Shown here: positions 57,715 through 64,000 of the stretch, in pieces
How positions within the stretch are numbered: position 1 is the first letter of the stretch
How the letters are laid out: each line of letters begins with the position of its first letter
From: Aquificaceae bacterium
GTDB taxonomy: Bacteria > Aquificota > Aquificia > Aquificales > Aquificaceae
DNA length: 64,000 nt
Assembly (NCBI GenBank): GCA_037924335.1
Contig: JAXSMZ010000003.1
Coordinates: forward strand, 32,102-96,101
Direction: 5' to 3'
Notes under the pieces: generated by a model
Seen by the model: the letters and a program-made list of their open reading frames with translations, nothing else
Database searches by the model: none
Told to the model about the DNA's origin: nothing
Made by a program: the position numbers and the translations under genes

Positions 57715-59367
57715 ATGAAGAAGAAACTCCTACTAAGCGGTGTCTTTAGTATTGTAGCAGCTTTTGGTTTCTCTGCAGTAGGGCTATCTTTGGCACAGCA
57801 AAAGGAGGAGGCCCCACCCCTAACAAAAGAAGAGATGAAAAAGGCATCGGAGATCTACTTTGACAGATGTGCAGGATGCCATGGAGCTTTAAGAAAAGGA
57901 GCAACTGGACCAAACCTTTTGCCTGAGAAGACAAGGAAGATGGGATTGGAAACTCTTAAGACCTTCATAACTTACGGAACACCTGGCGGCATGCCCGACT
58001 GGGGAAGGCAAGGAATACTTACATCCGGAGAAGTGGAACTAGTAGCCAAGTTTTTAATGCATGATCCACCACCACCTCCAGAACTACCCCTTGGAGAGAT
58101 GAAAAAGTCTTGGAAAGTTTATATCCCACCAGAAAAAAGGCCCAAAAAGCCCGAGCATGGGAGGAGTTGGCAAAACTTTATGGCTGTTATACTAAGGGAC
58201 ATAGGAAAGGTTGCTGTTATTGACGGAGATACCAAGGAGCTTGTGAACATTGTGGATACGGGTTATGCGGTTCACATAGCAAGGTATTCCGCCTCTGGAA
58301 GATACCTTTACACCATAGGAAGGGATGGCAAGGTGGTCCTTATAGACCTTTGGATGCAAAAGCCTGACAAGGTTGCAGAGGTCAAAACATGCTACGATGG
58401 AAGGTCCCTTGACACATCCAAGTATAAGGGTCCAAAGGGAGACTTCCTTGATAAGCTCGCCATCATAGGTTGTTATTGGCCACCCTCCTTTGTTATAGTG
58501 GATGGACAGACCTTGGAACCTCTAAAGATAGTTGCTACAAGCGCCTACACTTACGATACCAACGAATTTTTAAGAGAGGCAAGGGTTGCATCTATAGTGG
58601 CTTCTCACCATGACCCAGAATGGGTGGTCAACGTAAAAGAGGCTGGGCAGATATGGCTTGTGGACTACTCTAACATACACGCTCCCAAGATAACCATGAT
58701 AGAAGCTGAGAGATTCCTACACGATGGTGGTTGGGACAGCACAAAGAGATACTTCTTAGTTGCTGCAAACTTCAGAGACACCATATCCATAGTGGATACA
58801 AAGGAGAAAAGGCTTGTTAAGAATTTAAAGGTGGGCACAAGACCACACCCAGGAAGGGGAGCCAACATAGACCATCCCAAGTATGGACCCATATGGTGCA
58901 CGGGGCATCTTGGGGATAACACCATCCAATGCATAGGCACAGACCCTGTAAAGCATCCCCAGTATGCATGGAAGGTAGTTGCAAAGACAGAGATGCCCGG
59001 TGAAGGTGGTGGTAACCTCTTTATAAAGACCCATCCTAAATCTCCTCACCTATGGGCAGATAGAGCATTAAACAATGACTCCAAACTTCAAAGGTCTCTC
59101 TTTGTGTTTGACAAGAACACCTTAAAGCTAAAGACTCAGATAGAAATACCGGAGAAATATAGTGGAAGGGCGGTTCATCTTGAGTATAACAAGAACGGTG
59201 ATGAAATGTGGGTTGCTGTATGGGGTAAGAAAAACGAACCTCAAAAGCAGGCTATCCTTGTTTACGATGACAAGACGCTAAAGCTAAAGAAGGAAATAAC
59301 AGGAGATTGGGTGGCAACTCCAACCGGGCACTTCAACGTCTACAACACTATGAAGGATATATACTGA
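57715..59367 (+). CDS. nirS: Cytochrome cd1 nitrite reductase
   Basis: CAGCHG.LRKGATG, GYAVH, FLHDGG, PHPGRG, FIKTHP, PTG.FNVYNT. Confidence 0.97.
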   Translation: MKKKLLLSGVFSIVAAFGFSAVGLSLAQQKEEAPPLTKEEMKKASEIYFDRCAGCHGALRKGATGPNLLPEKTRKMGLETLKTFITYGTPGGMPDWGRQGILTSGEVELVAKFLMHDPPPPPELPLGEMKKSWKVYIPPEKRPKKPEHGRSWQNFMAVILRDIGKVAVIDGDTKELVNIVDTGYAVHIARYSASGRYLYTIGRDGKVVLIDLWMQKPDKVAEVKTCYDGRSLDTSKYKGPKGDFLDKLAIIGCYWPPSFVIVDGQTLEPLKIVATSAYTYDTNEFLREARVASIVASHHDPEWVVNVKEAGQIWLVDYSNIHAPKITMIEAERFLHDGGWDSTKRYFLVAANFRDTISIVDTKEKRLVKNLKVGTRPHPGRGANIDHPKYGPIWCTGHLGDNTIQCIGTDPVKHPQYAWKVVAKTEMPGEGGGNLFIKTHPKSPHLWADRALNNDSKLQRSLFVFDKNTLKLKTQIEIPEKYSGRAVHLEYNKNGDEMWVAVWGKKNEPQKQAILVYDDKTLKLKKEITGDWVATPTGHFNVYNTMKDIY

Positions 59368-60992
59368 TGATGCTTCCTCTTCTGAGCATGATCTTTTTCT
59401 CCCTCTCCTTTGGAGGGGAAGAGCTTTATAAAAAGTACTGTTCTTCCTGCCACGGAGAAAACAGACTTGGGAAAAGCGCACCTCCTCTTTTCCCCCATTT
59501 TTTAATGTCCAAATCTGATGAACATCTTTATCAAGTAATAAGAGAAGGCACTGTTGGTATGCCAAGCTTTGAACATCTGAAGGACGATGAGGTTAAGGCC
59601 ATCGTTGAGTTCATTAAAAAACCCATAGATGAGAAGGAACTAAGCTGGGAAGATAAAAATATAAAGGAAAGTGAGGAAGTCTTGAACCTTCAAAAGATAA
59701 AAGTCAAAGACCTCAAAGACTACACCCTGGCGGTAGAAAGGGGTAAAAATCTCCTTTGGGTTATGGAAGGAGATAAAGTACTTACTAGATTTTTCTTCTC
59801 TGGTGTTCACGGAGGTATCAAGTTCTCTAAAGATGGGGATGCTTACATACCTTCAAGGAGCGGGTACATCGGTAAGTACTCGCCACAGGATGGAAAACTA
59901 AAGAAAGTAAGAGCTTGTATATATCTGAGAAACATAGCTCTCTCCTTTGACGAAGGGCTTGTTGTAGCTTCCTGCTGGTTACCCCCCTCTTTGGTCCTTT
60001 TTGATAAAGACCTCAACCTCCTTGATATAAAGAGAGTGGAAGGGAAGGTAAACGCAGTCTATGAACTGCACACAAAGAAGGGCTTTATCTTTACTTTTAG
60101 AGAGAGGCCTTATGTTGGACTCTTGGATGTGAAGAACCATAAGATAATTTATAAAGAGCTTGACACTACTTTAGAGGACTTTACATTAGACCCTCTCGAG
60201 GAGTATCTGATAGGAACTGCAAAAGAGGGGCTAAGGATTTATTCCTTAGAGAACTTAAGGCTCATAAAAGTCCTAAGAACACCCGGACTTCCCCATCTTG
60301 CCTCGGCTTACTTTTGGTATTCGGGGGGGATCTTTTACTTTGCAACTCCCGTTATAAAAAAGCCTGTGCTGTCTGTATGGAAGGCTTACGACTGGAAGCA
60401 TATAAAGGATGTATCCCTTGATGGAGATGGTTTTCTCGCAAGAAGCAACTACGGTACCCCTTACATTTGGGTGGATGAATCTTCAGATGCTTTGGTCCTT
60501 CTTGACAAAAGAAGCCTTGATATAAAGAGAGTAACGCCACTTGTTGGAAAAAGGGTTACGCATACGGAACTCTCTGGCAATGGAAGGCTTGCATACGTGA
60601 GCCTTTACGATAAGGATGGGGCTTTGGTGGTCTACGACGGTGTAACTCTGAAAAAGCTAAAGGAGTATCCCGCAAGCTTTCCCGCTGGGAAGTACAACTT
60701 TTTTAACAAAAGCAGGAGCTTTGACCCCGCCCAGCTTGGCTATCAGGTGTTTATGGAAAAGTGTTGGGGATGCCACCATACCACAGAGCAAGCCTTTGGA
60801 CCACCGCTAAAATGGTCCGCCCAGAAAAGAGATAAGGCTCTCATAATAGCGCAGATACTTGACCCAGAGAATACCCATAAGCTCCTAGGATATTCAGAGA
60901 ATGCCATGCCCCGCATAGACCTAAAAGAGGAGGAGCTAAAAGCCCTAATAAGCTTTATGGAGGCGTTAAAGGATGGCTGGATGGATCGATAG
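59367..60992 (+). CDS. nirN: NirN-like protein with additional C-terminal cytochrome c domain
   Basis: N-terminal CSSCHG..RLG, HGG.KFS, PHL, P.GKYN propeller, second CWGCH. Confidence 0.8.
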   Translation: MMLPLLSMIFFSLSFGGEELYKKYCSSCHGENRLGKSAPPLFPHFLMSKSDEHLYQVIREGTVGMPSFEHLKDDEVKAIVEFIKKPIDEKELSWEDKNIKESEEVLNLQKIKVKDLKDYTLAVERGKNLLWVMEGDKVLTRFFFSGVHGGIKFSKDGDAYIPSRSGYIGKYSPQDGKLKKVRACIYLRNIALSFDEGLVVASCWLPPSLVLFDKDLNLLDIKRVEGKVNAVYELHTKKGFIFTFRERPYVGLLDVKNHKIIYKELDTTLEDFTLDPLEEYLIGTAKEGLRIYSLENLRLIKVLRTPGLPHLASAYFWYSGGIFYFATPVIKKPVLSVWKAYDWKHIKDVSLDGDGFLARSNYGTPYIWVDESSDALVLLDKRSLDIKRVTPLVGKRVTHTELSGNGRLAYVSLYDKDGALVVYDGVTLKKLKEYPASFPAGKYNFFNKSRSFDPAQLGYQVFMEKCWGCHHTTEQAFGPPLKWSAQKRDKALIIAQILDPENTHKLLGYSENAMPRIDLKEEELKALISFMEALKDGWMDR

Positions 60993-61461
60993 CATATCCC
61001 AGATAAGAAGACCCCATTTGGGTAAGGATGTGCCCATCCTTGTGTTCAGAGCCTTTAGGGTATTTTCTGGTATATACCTTGAGGATACCTTAGGACAAAA
61101 GGGAGCTTCAGCCCTTATTCAGAACGCAGGAAGGGAGTTTGGAAAGGAAGTGGGTGAAAGGCTAAAGCATGAGGATTTAGACAGGTACATTATGAATGTG
61201 GCTGACTTTGTTAAAGACATGAAGGTAGGACTTTTAATACCCGTTGAAATGAACAAAGAGAAGCTTGTGGTAGCTCTTGACGAATGCATAACTTGTTCTG
61301 GCATGTCCAATATAGGAAAGAAGATATGCCACTTTGAGGCTGGCTTCGTGGCAGGGATAGTGGAAAGCTATCTAAACAAAAGGGTAAGGGCTTACGAGGG
61401 CAAGTGCAACGCCAATGGAGACAACATATGCGAAGTGGTAGTGGAGCTCAACTATGCTTAG
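60973..61461 (+). CDS. V4R-domain protein in nir cluster
   Basis: ECITC, CHFEAG...G, E.KC...G...C. Confidence 0.82.
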   Translation: MAGWIDSISQIRRPHLGKDVPILVFRAFRVFSGIYLEDTLGQKGASALIQNAGREFGKEVGERLKHEDLDRYIMNVADFVKDMKVGLLIPVEMNKEKLVVALDECITCSGMSNIGKKICHFEAGFVAGIVESYLNKRVRAYEGKCNANGDNICEVVVELNYA

Positions 61462-62542
61462 GATGACGGAGTATTTGAGGGATGTATTAGAAGGGAAAGA
61501 AACGAAGGCTTTTGGGGACAGCGTTATACTCATATGGAACTTAATCAACAGATGCAACCTCTACTGCAAGCACTGTTATTCCTCTGCAAAGGATACAAGG
61601 TCTTATGATCTCACCTTAGAGGAGGCCATAGACCTTGCAAGAAGGCTACCACGTATTAATGTAAAGTTTGCCATCCTCTCCGGTGGTGAACCCTTGCTAA
61701 GGGAAGATCTCTTTCATATAGCAAGACTTTTAAGAGAGCAAGGTATAAGGACCTACCTTTCTACCAACGGCCTGCTTGTTAGGGAGGTTATAAAGGATAT
61801 AAAAGAGCATTTTGACTATGTTGGAATAAGCATAGATGGAGAGCCAGAAGTCCATGAACTCTTTAGGGGCAAGAGGGGTGCCTTTGAAGAGTCTCTAAGG
61901 GCTATAAGGCTCTGCCTTGAGGAGGGCATAAGGGTTGGGCTCCGCTTTACTCTTACTCCCCAAACGGTTAAGAGCCTACCTTTTATATTCAACCTTATAG
62001 AAAAGGAGGGCATTCCCAAACTCTACATATCCCACTTGGTCTACTCTGGAAGAGCCAAAAGACTAACAGACTTGGAAAAGAAAGAGTACAGAAACACTGT
62101 CAAGTTTATAGTTGAAAAGGCTTTTGAGTATGTGGAAAGGGGTATTCCCATAGATATAGTCACTGGAAACAACGAGGCGGATGCGGTCTTTCTTTACAGG
62201 GAGTTCTCTAAAAGGTATTCAAGCCTATCTGATAAGCTCTTTGAAAGGCTTGTGCTTTGGGGAGGGAATCAGGCGGGCGTGAAGCTCATAAACATAGACC
62301 ACCTTGGAAAGGTAAAACCAGACCCCTTTTTCTTCCACAACGTAGGCAATGTGAGGGATGAAGACCTTGTAAAGATATGGCATGGTAATGGACTGCTTAG
62401 CTTTCTTAGGGAAAAGCCAAGGAGGCTAAAGGGAAGGTGCGGAGGATGTAAGTACATAGGGATATGCAACGGAAACTCAAGGGCAAGAGCCTATGCTGTC
62501 TTTGGTGATTACAGAGAGGAGGACCCAGCATGCTACTTATAG
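61454..62542 (+). CDS. nirJ: Heme d1 biosynthesis radical SAM enzyme
   Basis: IWNL..RCNLYCKHCY, SGGEPL, YVGISIDG, Y.SHLVYSGR, SPASM cysteines. Confidence 0.9.
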   Translation: MLRMTEYLRDVLEGKETKAFGDSVILIWNLINRCNLYCKHCYSSAKDTRSYDLTLEEAIDLARRLPRINVKFAILSGGEPLLREDLFHIARLLREQGIRTYLSTNGLLVREVIKDIKEHFDYVGISIDGEPEVHELFRGKRGAFEESLRAIRLCLEEGIRVGLRFTLTPQTVKSLPFIFNLIEKEGIPKLYISHLVYSGRAKRLTDLEKKEYRNTVKFIVEKAFEYVERGIPIDIVTGNNEADAVFLYREFSKRYSSLSDKLFERLVLWGGNQAGVKLINIDHLGKVKPDPFFFHNVGNVRDEDLVKIWHGNGLLSFLREKPRRLKGRCGGCKYIGICNGNSRARAYAVFGDYREEDPACYL

Positions 62543-63564
62543 TGCTCTTGCTTGTGCCCATTCTTGCCTTCTGCGAAAAGCTTTATGTGGTAGAAAGGGA
62601 AAGGGGGACCTTGGCGGTTGTGGAGGATGGGAGGCTACGGGGTGAGATAGAAGGGCTTGGTAACCTAAACCATGCAACGGTGAAGTTTTACAACGGCTTT
62701 GCCTATGTGATAAGCAGGGATGGCTTCCTTTCAAAGATAGACCCAAAGGAGGACAGGCTTTTCAAAAGGGTAAAGGTGGGCAACAGCGGTATAGGACTTG
62801 ACTTCTACAAAGAGTATGTGCTTGTGGCCAATTATGACCCAGATAGTGTGGTACTTTTGGATAGGGACCTTAACCTTGTTAAAGCTATTAAAACAGGCTC
62901 AAGGAATGTGGGTATAAAGGCTTACTCTTCTGGCTTTGTTTTTGCTCTTATGGATAGGGATGAGGTATGGGTTGTGGAGGGAGAAGAGGTAAAAAGGTAC
63001 AGAAATGTTGGGAAGATGCCCTTTGACGCTTTACTCTACGAGGATAAATACCTATTGGGCTTCTTTGGAGAGCCTTCTCTTGGTCTTTTTGACCTAAGGA
63101 AAGGGGAGTACAAAAAGATAGCTTTAAGTTCTAACGGTGAGGTTGTTTTTAAGATACCTCACTTTGGTACTTGGGGGGTGGTGGATGGAATGGCATATGT
63201 GCCGGCGGTGGGGGAAAGAAGGTTATACATATTGAACTTAAAAAACCTAAATCTGGAAGGAAGTATAAGCCTTTCTGGCCTTCCAGTTTTTGTGGTATCT
63301 TCTCCCGATAAAAAACTTTTAGCTGTTAACTTCAGCGGTGATAAGGAGGACTATATAGCCCTAGTAGATGTGGCTGAGAGAAAGGTGATAATGGAGGTGC
63401 AGTTAGGCAAAAGGATAATGCATATGCGCTTTTCCAAAGATGGTAAAAGGCTCTATGCCTCTTCCTACTTTGATTCAAAGCTAAAGATTTTGAGCCTTCC
63501 AGACCTAAAACTTCTTCAAGAGTTGGACGTTCCAAACCCATCTGGCATTTTTGTTTTGCCATAG
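62530..63564 (+). CDS. nirF: Heme d1 biosynthesis protein NirF
   Basis: VVERE.G, HA, RDG, ANY, SR.VG, KIPH..W, PSGIF. Confidence 0.88.
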   Translation: MLLIVLLLVPILAFCEKLYVVERERGTLAVVEDGRLRGEIEGLGNLNHATVKFYNGFAYVISRDGFLSKIDPKEDRLFKRVKVGNSGIGLDFYKEYVLVANYDPDSVVLLDRDLNLVKAIKTGSRNVGIKAYSSGFVFALMDRDEVWVVEGEEVKRYRNVGKMPFDALLYEDKYLLGFFGEPSLGLFDLRKGEYKKIALSSNGEVVFKIPHFGTWGVVDGMAYVPAVGERRLYILNLKNLNLEGSISLSGLPVFVVSSPDKKLLAVNFSGDKEDYIALVDVAERKVIMEVQLGKRIMHMRFSKDGKRLYASSYFDSKLKILSLPDLKLLQELDVPNPSGIFVLP

Positions 63565-63575
63565 GAGGAAGAACT

Positions 63576-64000
63576 ATGGGTAAAACATACCTTGTAGGAG
63601 CAGGGCCAGGAGACCAAGAGCTTTTAACACTTAAAGCTTTAAGACTCATAAAATCTGCGGATGTCATACTCTACGACAGGCTCATAAACCAAGAAATACT
63701 TCTTTTTGCAAAGCCAGACTGCGAGCTCGTATACGTAGGAAAAGAAGATGGAAAGCATACAATAGAACAGGAGAAGATAAACGAGCTTTTGCTAAAGTAT
63801 GCTCAAACAAAGGATGTTGTCGTAAGGCTAAAGGGAGGAGACCCTTTCATCTTTGGAAGGGGAGGAGAAGAGGCATTATTTTTGGCAGAGCATGGAATAG
63901 ACTTTGAGATAGTTCCAGGGGTAAGCTCCTTTTACTCAGTACCAGCCTATGCGGGTATACCATTGACCTTTAGGGGAATATCCTCTTCCTTTGCGGTAAT
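63576..64000 (+). CDS. nirE: Uroporphyrinogen-III C-methyltransferase (partial, runs off window)
   Basis: Manual translation MGKTYLVGAGPGDQELLTLKA...YDRL...VVRLKGGDPFIFGRGGEE...VPGVSS. Confidence 0.92.
   Translation, partial: MGKTYLVGAGPGDQELLTLKALRLIKSADVILYDRLINQEILLFAKPDCELVYVGKEDGKHTIEQEKINELLLKYAQTKDVVVRLKGGDPFIFGRGGEEALFLAEHGIDFEIVPGVSSFYSVPAYAGIPLTFRGISSSFAV

Noticed and set aside
1..64000. CRISPR arrays, IS elements, integrases, prophage or defence genes
   Set aside because: No repeat-spacer periodicity, transposase, integrase or phage-like ORFs seen; the SNase and SfsA nucleases sit in housekeeping context

Overview
A gene-dense chromosomal segment whose proteins resemble those of Aquificae (Hydrogenobacter/Thermocrinis-like; judged from the SOD sequence, the split atpF'/atpF/atpH arrangement and gene style). 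No CRISPR array, IS element or prophage is visible. The first ~36 kb is mostly housekeeping (sod, tRNA-Arg, dtd, speE, galE, rseP, tal, hemG, thiGS, porin, proA, murA, hemA, atp, ndk, argC, rplM-rpsI). It is interrupted by (i) a 6-kb module in which a NifA-type sigma54 activator sits back-to-back with a MoaD-ferredoxin-AOR-degenerate NifS-NifV/HCS-like operon, joined by a strikingly symmetric two-promoter/two-UAS control region, (ii) a candidate ~80-nt C-rich sRNA, and (iii) an MglB-DUF4388-MglA module. The last 28 kb is an energy-metabolism region: a six-gene hydrogenase-4-like complex lacking NiFe ligands (Ehr type), a clade II nos cluster, a cytochrome b/Fe-S/MvhD-like fusion divergent from an eNOR-like heme-copper enzyme operon, and a nirS/heme d1 cluster. 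All calls are by eye from sequence motifs; no searches were run.
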